Shown here: positions 35,194 to 46,475 of the stretch, one piece after another
Layout of the letters: every line of letters begins with the position of its first letter
Position numbering within the stretch: position 1 is the stretch's first letter
Assembly: GCA_051942205.1 (NCBI GenBank)
Contig: JAVECO010000017.1
Location: 62,001-126,000 of the forward strand
Source: Coniocarpon cinnabarinum
Lineage: Eukaryota
Direction: 5' to 3'
DNA: 64,000 nucleotides
Notes under the pieces: model-generated
The model's database searches: none
What the model was told of the DNA's origin: nothing
Seen by the model: only the letters and a program-made list of their open reading frames with translations
Position numbers and translations under genes: made by a program

Positions 35194-38100
35194 TTAGAGA
35201 GAGACGGTTCGCCGCTTCGCGCAGCTGGGCTTTTGCGCATAGCAGATTAGTAGCTTGAACGTTGTGTTGAGCTCTTCACACTCTCGCAATAGATTGCGCT
35301 CACACCACATGCTCTTCATGGGGTCGCCATTCGGTAATACGCCCATCTCGTAGCACTGTGTGTACCACCAACGTCCGACTTGTGCCACCATCTTGGTGAT
35401 GTGGCTATCACCTTCTTGAGAGTCGTCATTTGCCAAGCCACTGAGATCAACGTCTTTGCCATCTTGTGAGTTTTCTCGAGAGCTCGGAATGGCACCCGCA
35501 GCTGGCACACCGACAACGCATCGATTGAGGTTTTCGAACCCACGCCGTCCGATCAGGCTTTGCATATGATCGGATGCTGCCCTCAGAGATATCTCAGGAG
35601 TAGTTGATCGCAGGTCGGTCTTCAAATTGCGAACAGCTCGGCGGCATTGGGAACCCATGTTTCCAAGATCGAGATCAATAGCACTTACCTCGAGGTAGCC
35701 TCCAGGTCGAAGAACGCGTTTGCATTCAGAAACCATGCAACGCATGACGGCGTCAGAGCTGGCGAGTGGGAATCGATAGACCACAGCCGCAAAGAAGCCC
35801 TTGGGAAATGGGAAGTCCGTACCCGGCGTGGTGTAGGCGAAATGGCGATAATTAGACAGATTGTCCATGTTGGCAAAGGAAGCCTTGCCATCGCCGCTCG
35901 ATGACGCGGAAGGTCCAAGGCTATAGATTTGCGTTTGTGGGTAAGAGACAGCGCAGTAGTACGACCAATCGCGATTACCAAGGCCATCAATCACTAAGAC
36001 GCGATCATCTGGCTTGCCGAGCTCGTCGTGAATAGGGCTAAACAAAAGTCGTCCAAAAGAAAGCCATTTGCTGGTCATGAGGACGCGATATCGAAACATG
36101 AACGGGTTCTCATGGATGGCGTTGTCGCCCGTGTTCCGCAAGCTCTTAACATTCGTATTTTGCTCGGCTGCTACTGGTTTGGCACTCGTTGGCATTGAAT
36201 TTGATCTCTTGTGTCTCAGCGAGGAAGGAGGGCTTTCCTTGGAAGTGTTACTGTAGATCAAACTGTTAGATCGCACTGATCTCAGCGTCGCTAAAGAAGG
36301 CGTATCACGAAGTGCAGCTGCAATAACACCGACGGGTTCGGTGGGAGCATCAGTCGCAACCGAGGTCTTGAATGAAGAATGGTCGGAACGCTGGAGTCCA
36401 CTTGAACGTTGTTCAGCCTGTGCCAACTTCGAATGACCTGAGCGCACGCTCGAAGCCCGATCGGCCTTATTGTGCGCTACAGATTTCCTTCCATTTCCAG
36501 ACTTGGAGTTTGCAGAGGAAGCTGATACTGAAGGCGTTAGAACATACCCGATGAGGTCATCAAACTCCGGCCAGGTCTCATCTGTTGACGCGTGTGACTG
36601 TCTTCCCGGACCATGCGCAATGGTTGTTGCAGTGGGAAAATACATTGTCTCAGAGCAACTACTGTAAGAGACATCAGAGTTCTTCCTCGGGGAGTAATCG
36701 AGGAAAGGCTTTGACGTTGCGATGTCTCGTAGTTTGGTCGTCACTGTTAATGAAGATTGATCTACTTCGCTTTCAGCGGTCTTCTGCCCAAGTGCGCCAG
36801 TGGAGCCAACAATCGAGCCGCCCCTTGGAGTGCTCGCTTTCGGAGCCTGATAAGCGCTTGGTGGGAAAAAAGCAGAAGAAGCTGAGGGCGGCGGAGACTG
36901 TATATCCGGTCGAGGTGACGCGCGAGCGAAAGGCCTAGAGAAAGACAAGTTCGTGGGCTTGCGAATGTAATCTTTCCTCATCGACGCGTCGGCGCTGCTA
37001 TTGGCAGAGACTGGTATTCCCGCAGTTTTAGCATTTACTTTTGCTGCGTCTTCAGTATCAAGGTTGTTTTCTAAGCTCAATGCTTGCTTTGCTGATAGGC
37101 CGGCTGTACTTTGCTCTTGCTGTGAAGCTTGGTTCGCGCTTGGGTAGCCTGCAATGTAACCATGGTCCGCCTGTGGACTGACTTCGTCATCCAAGTCTTC
37201 AAAGTAAGTACCAGCGTCTGAAACATTGTCAGCTTGACCTGAGGCTTGGGCCTCTCTCATAAGAATGTCGAGATCTTCTGCAGTGACGTCTTGAGAAGCA
37301 TCAGCAGGGACATAATGAGCAGCGGTGGCTGATGAGCCAGGAAGAGAATCTATGATGCCTAGACGTGGCTTGGACGTTTCTACGTTCACGGATGGCTGAG
37401 TCCTTTGTGAATTGCTCCCATGACCTTGCTGTTTTGCATCTTTTGCAACCTTGCTAAAGAAAGACCAGCCCGACTTCTTGGTCTTTGCAGAAGACGACAT
37501 GGGGTCCTGCGGGTCTGACTGCGCAGGCTGGATTGCCCGGGAGTTCGGAATGTCAGATCGACTTCCGTCAGCTTGGACATCGGCTGCACCATCATTGCTT
37601 TTGGGAGCGCTGGCCGTCTGCATAGGCTTTGTCTTCACAAGCCTCCTCCTGCTTGGCGACCTCAGCGTGGACTTCTGTGCTTGGTCCAACGTCTGATCGA
37701 TAGAGACACGTCCGCGTATATCGTCATTGCCTAGAAAGATCTCATTTTCAGTAACAGCGAGCTGATGTTTCGTAAAGTCGCCACTAGAAGTAGAAGTATG
37801 AGCCGTCTCTGGGGTTGATATTGAAGGCGTGAAAGTGGAAGGTTCTTCAAATGTACTGATGCTGGCTCGACCTTGACTCTCGCCGTCTCTAGCCTCGCCT
37901 CGCAGATATACCGGCGACAGCCGTTGTTGCAAGAAATCGTCAAGCTCTGAAGCTTTGCTGCTGGCGCCACTGCTCTTCCTTTTGTTCAAGATTTCTCGCG
38001 TATGCCCTGAACTGCCTGTCGTTGATGAACTCCCACTCCGGAGACGAAAGGAGTGCTTGCCGTATCCCTCATGACCTGTGCCGGCCGCAGGACCTTTTCG

Positions 38101-39579
38101 TGCAGGCTTAGAATTACTACCAATAGGCGAATCTGCATGCTTCGATTTTCGTGAAAAGAAGCCAAACCGCGACTTGGTTTTTTCCGGGCTGCCGTCTTTT
38201 TGAGTCGTGCTTTCACCATTCACGGAGATGGCACTTTCCTGCATCGATTGCAGAGAGAGCTGAGATCCGCCACTTGGCAATTTTCCCTTCCCTGAACTAG
38301 ATGTCGCTACTGGTGTGTTTCCTCGCTGCGAGGCCGGACTTCTGACCGAACGAGCCTCGTGTACGGAGGAGTTGTCAGATCCTTGTCGTCGATGTTGCGA
38401 AGTGTTTAGCTTCGGCAGGTTACTTTTCACCACAGGTTTGGCCTTTTTGTGCTCGTGAAGGCTTGGTGTGCCATCGCGCGAGGGACGGTTGGGGGCGTCT
38501 GAGGTGGTATTGGCAGATGAAGCAGCGTTCAAATGTGCTAGCTCAGGCGGGTGGACTGGCACAGGTTTTCTGGACATTTTGGGCGCATGGACCTGATCAA
38601 AGTCATGCCCCTGGTTATCCTTTCCGAAGCTGGATTGCCGCCGATGTGAGGTGGGGGTTCTTGGAAAGCTCATCGCCGACACATTCCCGGAGAGGTTTGT
38701 CTGCCTGAAGAAAGGATGCACTAACGCTTCTCCAGGTTTCGAGGACATCTCCTTGGACTTTGGCGTAAAAGGGCGCATTCCTAGAAAGGGAGAAGATGAA
38801 GTTCTTGGAGAGTGGGAGGCAAAAGAGGGGTCAGTTGTGTGGCTGTACTGGCTGGGAGACGCTGAAAAAGTTAACGATGGGGTTGTGGATGGCTCTGAGA
38901 CAGGCGTCTTTCGTGGCGACAAGCCATTGTTTGTGGCATCCTTGAATTCAAGTGGAGGTTGTAGACTTTGGTCTGAACGCCCAAGACCTGGTGTCTCAGT
39001 GCTTGAAATATACCCCTCTGCCGTAATCACTGATTTCGCATTGATACTGTCGGGCGTTTGGAAGCGCTGGAGCACGGTTTCCGTTACCGCGGAGTCTTTG
39101 AACCCTGCGTGCCTCTCTGAAATGTACCGTCCGATGACTGAAGGCTTTCGGCGAAGCACATTCGAGCGAGGGCTGTCACGGCTTGATATGGAGGAGGCAG
39201 AGACCAAAGAGGGCGGGGGTGGGGTCTCAGTTCCCGGAGAAGGCTCGAGATAATCGGATGCAGTCTCAGTATTGCTTGCAGACGTCACGGCTGAAGATGG
39301 TACCGTAGTAGAAGTATTGGGAGCCGGTTGTGCGACGTTCCCACGCGCGCCAATATCATATGCGGGATTTTTCGATTTTGTGCTCCCACTCTTCTTATTT
39401 GACGCATTTTGAAAGCCAAAGTGATTGCGCGAGGGTACTGAGGATGTAGACGATTTGGAATGCGATGGTGGCGTTGTGACTACTTTTGGAGGCTGCCTGG
39501 AGGACTGGTCTCGTCGCAAAGTCCGTGAAGGATCAGGCCTGGTCGAGGGACCGACCGCGACGTTCACCGCGGTTGCCAT
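35194..39579 (-). CDS. Large S/P-rich protein with a C-terminal class I methyltransferase-like domain
   Basis: 1461-aa ORF; FRYRVLMTSKWLSFGRLLFSP, RVLVIDGLGN, ECKRVLRPGGYLE, LLICYAQKP. Confidence 0.9.
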   Translation of the reverse strand: MATAVNVAVGPSTRPDPSRTLRRDQSSRQPPKVVTTPPSHSKSSTSSVPSRNHFGFQNASNKKSGSTKSKNPAYDIGARGNVAQPAPNTSTTVPSSAVTSASNTETASDYLEPSPGTETPPPPSLVSASSISSRDSPRSNVLRRKPSVIGRYISERHAGFKDSAVTETVLQRFQTPDSINAKSVITAEGYISSTETPGLGRSDQSLQPPLEFKDATNNGLSPRKTPVSEPSTTPSLTFSASPSQYSHTTDPSFASHSPRTSSSPFLGMRPFTPKSKEMSSKPGEALVHPFFRQTNLSGNVSAMSFPRTPTSHRRQSSFGKDNQGHDFDQVHAPKMSRKPVPVHPPELAHLNAASSANTTSDAPNRPSRDGTPSLHEHKKAKPVVKSNLPKLNTSQHRRQGSDNSSVHEARSVRSPASQRGNTPVATSSSGKGKLPSGGSQLSLQSMQESAISVNGESTTQKDGSPEKTKSRFGFFSRKSKHADSPIGSNSKPARKGPAAGTGHEGYGKHSFRLRSGSSSTTGSSGHTREILNKRKSSGASSKASELDDFLQQRLSPVYLRGEARDGESQGRASISTFEEPSTFTPSISTPETAHTSTSSGDFTKHQLAVTENEIFLGNDDIRGRVSIDQTLDQAQKSTLRSPSRRRLVKTKPMQTASAPKSNDGAADVQADGSRSDIPNSRAIQPAQSDPQDPMSSSAKTKKSGWSFFSKVAKDAKQQGHGSNSQRTQPSVNVETSKPRLGIIDSLPGSSATAAHYVPADASQDVTAEDLDILMREAQASGQADNVSDAGTYFEDLDDEVSPQADHGYIAGYPSANQASQQEQSTAGLSAKQALSLENNLDTEDAAKVNAKTAGIPVSANSSADASMRKDYIRKPTNLSFSRPFARASPRPDIQSPPPSASSAFFPPSAYQAPKASTPRGGSIVGSTGALGQKTAESEVDQSSLTVTTKLRDIATSKPFLDYSPRKNSDVSYSSCSETMYFPTATTIAHGPGRQSHASTDETWPEFDDLIGYVLTPSVSASSANSKSGNGRKSVAHNKADRASSVRSGHSKLAQAEQRSSGLQRSDHSSFKTSVATDAPTEPVGVIAAALRDTPSLATLRSVRSNSLIYSNTSKESPPSSLRHKRSNSMPTSAKPVAAEQNTNVKSLRNTGDNAIHENPFMFRYRVLMTSKWLSFGRLLFSPIHDELGKPDDRVLVIDGLGNRDWSYYCAVSYPQTQIYSLGPSASSSGDGKASFANMDNLSNYRHFAYTTPGTDFPFPKGFFAAVVYRFPLASSDAVMRCMVSECKRVLRPGGYLEVSAIDLDLGNMGSQCRRAVRNLKTDLRSTTPEISLRAASDHMQSLIGRRGFENLNRCVVGVPAAGAIPSSRENSQDGKDVDLSGLANDDSQEGDSHITKMVAQVGRWWYTQCYEMGVLPNGDPMKSMWCERNLLRECEELNTTFKLLICYAQKPSCAKRRTVSL

Positions 39580-42185
39580 AGTGTCTGGCCTAGCAAGACT
39601 CCAAAGACTTCTAATTGAGCAGCCTCAGACAAGAGGCGAATGCGATACTGGAATGTGACGTGCGATCATCGAGACGCGTAGGCATCTTCGACCTAAACAG
39701 CCAAGTTAGTCATCAGTGTTAGAGAGCGTGGAATGCGAGAGGTTGTGCGAGAAGTATCGTTCTTTTAAGAATTGCAAGGTAGAAGTACATTCCAGCGCCA
39801 CCGTCAAGAAAGAGCACGTTTGCAGACAGGCGCCCGGACAGGAGAAGACCGAAGAGACTGGAGACGTACCAATGGACGCATCTGCAGCACCGCCACGGCC
39901 GTCTGCCAGCGCATCTGCAAGCTGCAGGGAGGGCGATGCGTCAAGCAACGAGCTAGGGTGCTGGTGTGAGTGCGGCTCAAATGCAGCTTGCGGGCAACCT
40001 CTGCGCAAGGATTTCTTGGGTGACGCGAGAGAGTTATAGTCGGACAGAGCAGCGCGAAAGACGCGAAGAAGCAATGTGGTCAGAAGACACGGCGTGAGGT
40101 GCAGTAGCGAGAAGAAGACGCCGACAAGTGTGCAGTAGCCACCGCACACTACAGAGACGGAGGGGAAAGAGAGGGTTTAGATGTAGCGCATGTACCTCTG
40201 CGCGGCGAGGCGAGGCCAGAATACACAGACGCTAGGCCAGTCGCCGGCACTTGCACGCTTCCTTCCCTCGAGCCAGGCGCTTCTCGACAGCTGAGCCAGA
40301 CACTGCGCCTATCCCTACACTCCCGTCCTTGACTGGGTCTGCTCGGGCCGCGAATCGGGTCTTGGAGGAGAAGCTGAGAGCAGACATGGACTCTTCGGAG
40401 GCTGCCCTTGCGGACGTCATCAACGCGTCCGGGCGAATACTAGCGATCGCCGACGTCCAGGTGTTGTCATTGGAGCATCTACTTGCTTCGGCGCCCACGC
40501 GTTCCTCGCACGGCCTCCTCCACGACAGAGCCACGGGCCAAGGGGCAAACTTGTCAGCTGATGGTCGCGGCCTGAGAGGTCCGATTTCCAGTTCCTCATG
40601 TCGGCAATCTGGCCCTCCGAGTAAAGTTGTGATCTGGGGTTGATGAGGCGCTTTTCGGACTGCAAACCAGCGCCATCTTTCGCATCATTGCGTTTCGATG
40701 GGTTCGGACATCGAATGCACATGTGCAGTCACCTTGCCAGTCAAAACAATTGCTGGGTTCCGCGCTTGCTATTGCCCTCCATGGACACTCGGACGCTCGT
40801 GGTGTGGTATGTATTTGGCTCCCCTCTGACGGCATCTAGCAACCACCCCGTGATTTTAGCCCTCTGCTATGAGCGCGGCAGATGTCTCACTTCTGCTTTG
40901 GCATGCCGTCCATCAAGACAACATGGCCTACGCGAATCGCGATGCTTTTAGCTTCGACATGTACATTATCTCCCGTTCGTATAACCTGTCATGAGGAGCA
41001 TCTTGTGCGGTTTGGGACGGGACTCTGTTGCTTTCTTCCCCGTCCGTTCAAGCTGCGCGGGGGCGGCTCCAGACTATAGCACTGGAAGGGTGATACCGTG
41101 CCCTGAAGCAGCAAGAATTGGCGAGCGGGCGTGCCGCGCTCTGTGATGATGTGTGGCGACGTGGTGATTGGAGCAGACAGGAAATGAGGGAGCAGCGGCT
41201 GTCAGCGCCGACGCGCTTAGCCAGCCCCAGCAGCGCCAAACGCGGCCGACGGTGGAGAGATTGTCAGTCTAGCGATGGGGCTCGACCCAGCATTCCGCGG
41301 TGGAGATTTGCTGCGTGCTGGCTTGCCGTGTCTTGAGCATATCTGTACACAGTGCGTGTTGCAAGTCTGATCTCGGGCGTGTAAAGTGTGGTTGCTCATG
41401 TGAGCTGAGAAAGAGTGCATTAGCCCTGTGCACGTCACTGCTAGGGCCTCGCATCGCTGCAGGGCGTCGTGTGGCGCAGTCCTCTTCGCTGGCAGTCCAT
41501 CGCCCAATTTTAGAAGCAGGCATTTGCACAAAACACTGACGCCTCCCTGCGTGCCTGCGCGTTCTTTGCCACTCCGTGCCATTTGATTGTTGAGAAGTTT
41601 GAAAATTTCATGGCTGCTGGGTAGTCAGAACGTTGCACTGCTCAAGCGCTCCGGCGGTCAATAGAAGCGCAAGACGGCCCTTTCATCCTCTGATTCGCTC
41701 ACCGTTACCCCGCACTAAATCTCCCGCCGCAGATACATTCAGTCATGTGATATCATCGAGGTGGGCGACGATAGGAGCGCATCCACCCGCGTCTAAGGCG
41801 GGATGATTCGTGGTTGAGGTAGATCATCCCGTTTACACTACTTGAGTGACTTTCATCGTGACAGCAGCGAGGCCGACGTAGCAAGCACGCTGCCTCATGG
41901 GCGCGTAGACGTTGACTACAACCGTTGGGGACGCGGCGGGCACAACAAAATGGTCTGATTCGGTCCATACACGTACACATCCCCCCTTTGGCACTCATCA
42001 CGGGCAGATCCAGTTGCACACTGCTCCAATATCTTCCTTACACCCGAGTCTGGTCACATTGCAGTCCACTGGCGTTGACACAGTTGCCACGCTTCTCGCT
42101 CATGGCTGGTTTACGACTCGCGCTTGAATACATACCGACTACCTCAATTGGCGTCATGCCGCACTCATCAATTCAAGAGCGAATT

Positions 42186-42813
42186 TCAAGAGCCACGAGA
42201 AGACCATACGAGACCTCCCCGGCGTGCTCTCCGAGCATGTCTACCCCGTTTCGAAACGTGAACATAGCGCTGGCATCCTTGAGATGTGCCGTCCTTCTTG
42301 CAACAAGGGTATAAATAGCCGTCCGGAAAAGACTCAAAGCTGTGGTCATGGATTTCGAAATCAGCGTCAGCCCAAAAATCACCCTCATGGTTCATGTGAG
42401 GTTTCCCTGCAAGAGATCCGTCAGCACTGGTCGATCCCTACTTCGCTGCAGTGTGCTGCAAACTTACCTGGATGATACAGATAAAAAGTGCAGCCACCCG
42501 GAATATTTTCAGCTTCATTGTAATCCTCAGAGCAGCCGACACATGTTTGCATAGCCTTCCGTTTTCTTTCGTTTTGAGCAGTGTCTGACTGATCGGTCTT
42601 TGCACGGTCCCGGCGGGCCTTCAAAAGGATCTCATTCGCAAATGATATTTCTTCTTGCGATCGAGTGATGGCTTGCAGAGCAGCGCGAAGGTCTTGACGA
42701 GTTGCTGTCGCTATGAGATTGTCCAACACGTCTGCCTCTGTGCCGTGTGCGTATTCATCATCACCTGACAAGCGCTGAACGCTGTCACTTTCCTCTGCGC
42801 CGTCTGACGACAT
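42186..42813 (-). CDS. Small conserved fungal Cys/His-rich (putative zinc-binding) protein
   Basis: CVGCSEDY...C...YHPG, intron 42407-42467, then DFWAD...PDGYLYPCC...GC...H. Confidence 0.75.
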
Positions 42814-43694
42814 GATCAGTGAAACGATGAGAGTGAATTGGATCGTCTACGTTTACTCCGTGCAGCACCATCAGTGCGCATTGTCGATGAGGACTTCTGC
42901 TCCAAGTCGTTAAGGGGTGAAGACAAGGAGCCCCTGCAATAGAGGCACTGACCACCAGCAGCGTACGTCATCAAATCTCCCAGGTATCACACTCGCCACG
43001 ACTCGCTATGTGAACTCCTGAGCTTTTTGCATGATAACGGTGACTAAAAGCAAGAGGCGCCATAGCATAATCACAGCCTTGATTGCCCAAGATCTAGCAG
43101 CCCAGTGACGATAATGCAGTCAATGGCAGCACAAAGCATTTATTGCGTTACTGCTGTTGGGGCTGCCTGGTGAAAAGGTTGTTTCCTATACTACTCTCGT
43201 CTCACCAGGTACAGTGAGTATTTGGCGCTGCCCAAGCCCGGTGGATAAGGTTTTCGCATACAGCATATCCACACACTGAGAGAGCGTGCTCTATTTTGTT
43301 AACAAGTGGTTAGACTCGGGTGCGGCCGGAGTAGGATCAAGCTTTGATGCTCCCGAACCATCCGGAATCCCTCCTTCGCCTTTGACCTTCGATCTTTTCG
43401 GCACTGTTGGTGGCCATGCGTTCGCGTAAGCGAAACTCTCTGGTCTATCGCACATCATGCTTGTTTCATAGCCGCAAGCAGGCGAAGGCTCAATCGAGCG
43501 GGAACAGCTGTCTTCTGCGAGTTGAGCCTTCTTGCTCAAAAACGCCATTTCGTGGCTTGAACCCTGATATAAATGCTGAGCGTCCCTTCAAAGCGTGCAC
43601 GTTCTATTAATGCGTATAGCAAGACTAACAATCTATTAAAGCCGTTGCACTGTCACTCTGAGATTACCTGTTCAGCACATATCCCTTGACAAAA

Positions 43695-44100
43695 ATGGCA
43701 CAAACATATAGCAGAGAGGATAAAGAATACTTCGCCAAGAAACTTTTTCCCAAGACAGGCGAGAATCACGACGACATAAAGAGATTAATGGTAAACGGGA
43801 ATAAGCACCCGCTTGGATACAATAAACTGGGGTTGCTGAGATGGTGGGAAAGGAAAGGGAAGGCTCCCGACGTGGCCATGGTCGAGTAAGAGCTGCGGTA
43901 GCCTTACCGTGCCTAAGACTGACGTCTGCACGACTATAATCGTGTCACCTTTGAGAACACTAAGGTGCGTTTTCGTGATCTGTGCCATCATGTGAGCTGC
44001 TAACCAAGAACTTCAGAAGAGGTTTGATACCAAATGGACACAACCTATAGACGGAGCGACCAAGCTTAGAGATGAATACATGGCGGGGAAATCAAAATAG
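43695..44100 (+). pseudogene. Orphan small gene, copy 1; the acceptor of intron 1 appears lost
   Basis: MAQTYSREDKEYFAKKLFPK...; homologous three-exon layout, but TGCAG of copy 2 reads TGCAC here; TATAAA at about 43569. Confidence 0.6.
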
Positions 44101-44469
44101 CTGCAGATGTTCGAGCTTACTCGGGGCAAAGTGCGTGACGTAGATTTGAAGAAAACGGCTGACGTATCAACGATGTTTTTGCGCACACGAGAGAGATGAC
44201 CATCCGCGTTCAATGAATGCGGCTTCGGGCGGTAGCTTGTTTCATAGTTGCCGAAAGACCAAGGCTCAATCGAGCGAGAACAGCTGTCTTTTGAGTGGAG
44301 CCAGGTTGCTCAAAACGCCGTGTCGTGGCCCGAACCAAACATAAATACTGGGGTCCATCCACAGCGTGCACATCTTATTGATGTGTATAACAAAACCAAT
44401 ACTCTAGTTAAGGTATTACACTGTTCCTCTGTGATCACTTATTTATTCAGCAGCGAATCCTCGATAGCA

Positions 44470-44954
44470 ATGGCATCAACATACGACGAAGCGGATAGGA
44501 AACACTTCTGCCAGCAACTCTGGCCTAAAGTAGACGTATATAAACACGCTATAGAAATGGTCATGCAAAACGGGAACGAGGACCCAAATGGAGTCGGGAA
44601 AGCGAATGCATCGTGGTGGAAGAAACATTTTGGTGGTAAGGGCAAGAGTGGGAGCGAGGATGGCGAGGGGACGCGGCCCAACGTGGCCGACGTTGAGTAT
44701 GTGAGAGCTACTTAGCCTTGCCGGTTGAAAGCTGACGCTTTGCCGTTTGCAGTGACCATGATCATGTCACTTTTGACAATACTGAGGTGCGTTTTCGTGA
44801 TGCCATGGTCTGGACTTTCTTGGGTCATCATGTGATGCTGATGTGAACTTAGAATCCGCTGGAATCCAAATTCACGGTAAAGATATCGGGAGCGACAGAG
44901 ATTAGAAACAAACACATGGAGGAGAAGAAGAAGAAGACGGAGAAGCCCAAGTAG
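44470..44954 (+). CDS. Orphan small charged protein (about 120 aa), copy 2, three exons
   Basis: MASTYDEADRKHFCQQLWPK...VADVD|DHDHVTFDNTE|NPLESKFTVKISGATEIRNKHMEEKKKKTEKPK; canonical introns GTATGT..CTGAC..CAG and GTGCGT..CTGAT..TAG. Confidence 0.75.
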
Positions 44955-45310
44955 CCGCGGGTATTCGACCCCGCGCAAGGCGAAGTGCGTGATGTAGGAT
45001 TGAACAAAAAGGCTGACGTATCAATGATGTCTTTGACCACATGAGAGATGACCATTAGTGTCAAACGAAGCCGGCTTCGTGCAGGAGCAGCTGAGACAGT
45101 AGGGAGTGTGCTCCACTTACCTTCAAGTGTCTGTAGACGGTAGATATGTGACATGAATGAACTACGCTTTTTCGCTTGGCCCTTGTCTGTTTCCTTTGGG
45201 TTTGTTTGGTAGACACATTTCTAAACCTTTCTGTTTACTCTCCAAGCCTATCTCCAGACCCTTTTACGACCTTGTTGAAGATTGAGATTAAGCTCTTGTT
45301 AAAGTTTACC

Positions 45311-45470
45311 TCAGATCTTGGTTCAGATCTCGCTTCAGATCTCATGTCGGATCTTGCTTCAGATCTATCATCCAAGTCCTGCCCCGATCGTCCCTGATCG
45401 TTCCTAGATCTTGGCCAGATCCGCGCTTAGATCCCTCCCTAAATCTGCCTTCGATCTCTCCAAAGATCTC
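45311..45470. repeat. Degenerate 12-bp minisatellite rich in AGATCT
   Basis: TCAGATCTTGGT TCAGATCTCGCT TCAGATCTCATG TCGGATCTTGCT TCAGATCT, followed by further GATC-containing units. Confidence 0.8.
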
Positions 45471-46475
45471 GCGACACTTCGCACCAGCTTTGTCCAGAAA
45501 CAGGTCCACGCTACCGTGACCTCTCCAGCATAGAAACCCTGAGCTACTGCACATTCTAGCATACACAGAATCAAACAAAATAAACGAGACGCTTACATCA
45601 AACCCATCCTAGTCATGCGACTCAACGGCAGGAATCAGCGACGAGAAAAACTCGATACCACCGCGCTCTCGTCATCGGAAGATCCTTGCTATTGTTTTCA
45701 CTCACAATACTGACGCCAGACTTGCTGAAGATTCTATGATTCTTTCTCCACAGGGAGAGAGAACGTGAGAAAATGAGAAAATTTGTACTTGCGTTTTGCT
45801 GGCTGCAACGTATGTGGCGTCGATGTGTGGCTTGAAGGAGGCCGTAGCACAAAGATGTGGACTCCTGCATCAGACGGACACGATCATGAGCTGTATGAGC
45901 TGCATGAGACCTGAAGGCCCGGATCGAACACTAAATACCTTTCAGATCAATGATACCACCGAAGGCAAGGGCGATGTGTGCGTCACGCGCAGTAGATGCA
46001 ATGTAGCGACGCTGCGAAAGATCTGGGAAGTGTCCCATGTGATCATTAGCCCTGGGACTTCAACTTAGTAAATTGCGCATGCGGTGGGTGCAAGAGTCGT
46101 GTTGGGTTTCCAACGTGAGGCTTCGAACCGTGTTCAAGGCGTATATAGCTTGCACCATCACTTTGCTCGAAGACTGACTTGAACGATGATCCAAGTACCC
46201 TGGCGTAACTGGGTACAAAAACGTAAGGTGGTGCGAGAGTTGTCGAGGTAGAGTTTCAGATCCTCATTTCAGTATCATGTCCGCACGAAGAGCTGACACG
46301 AACTACCAATAGTGCAACTAAAATTGGGTGATATAGCTGACAACATGTCATCAGTAAACCTACCCGTACGGTTAGATGCTCAACAATAGCCAGTAACTGC
46401 TTTCCATGAGGCTCATCAACCGTTCTCGGGTATGCTGGACTTTCTTGCATCTCCTCTCCCGCTACCACGGCTTAC

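Larger units (their letters stand above)
43459..45085 (+). repeat. Direct tandem segmental duplication (about 43459-44234 and 44235-45085)
   Basis: Shared blocks GCTTGTTTCATAG, AAGGCTCAATCGAGCG, AACAGCTGTCTT, AGGTGCGTTTTCGTGAT, GGCTGACGTATCAA, GAGAGATGACCAT and CGGCTTCG occur in both units in the same order. Confidence 0.92.

Noticed and set aside
39700..41600. Numerous 60-147 aa ORFs upstream of the methyltransferase-domain gene
   Set aside because: No recognisable motifs, mostly non-ATG starts, overlapping on both strands; more likely promoter and 5' UTR.
44955..44978. tRNA T-arm-like hairpin (CGCGGGTATTCGACCCCGCG)
   Set aside because: No cloverleaf around it and not conserved in the duplicated copy.
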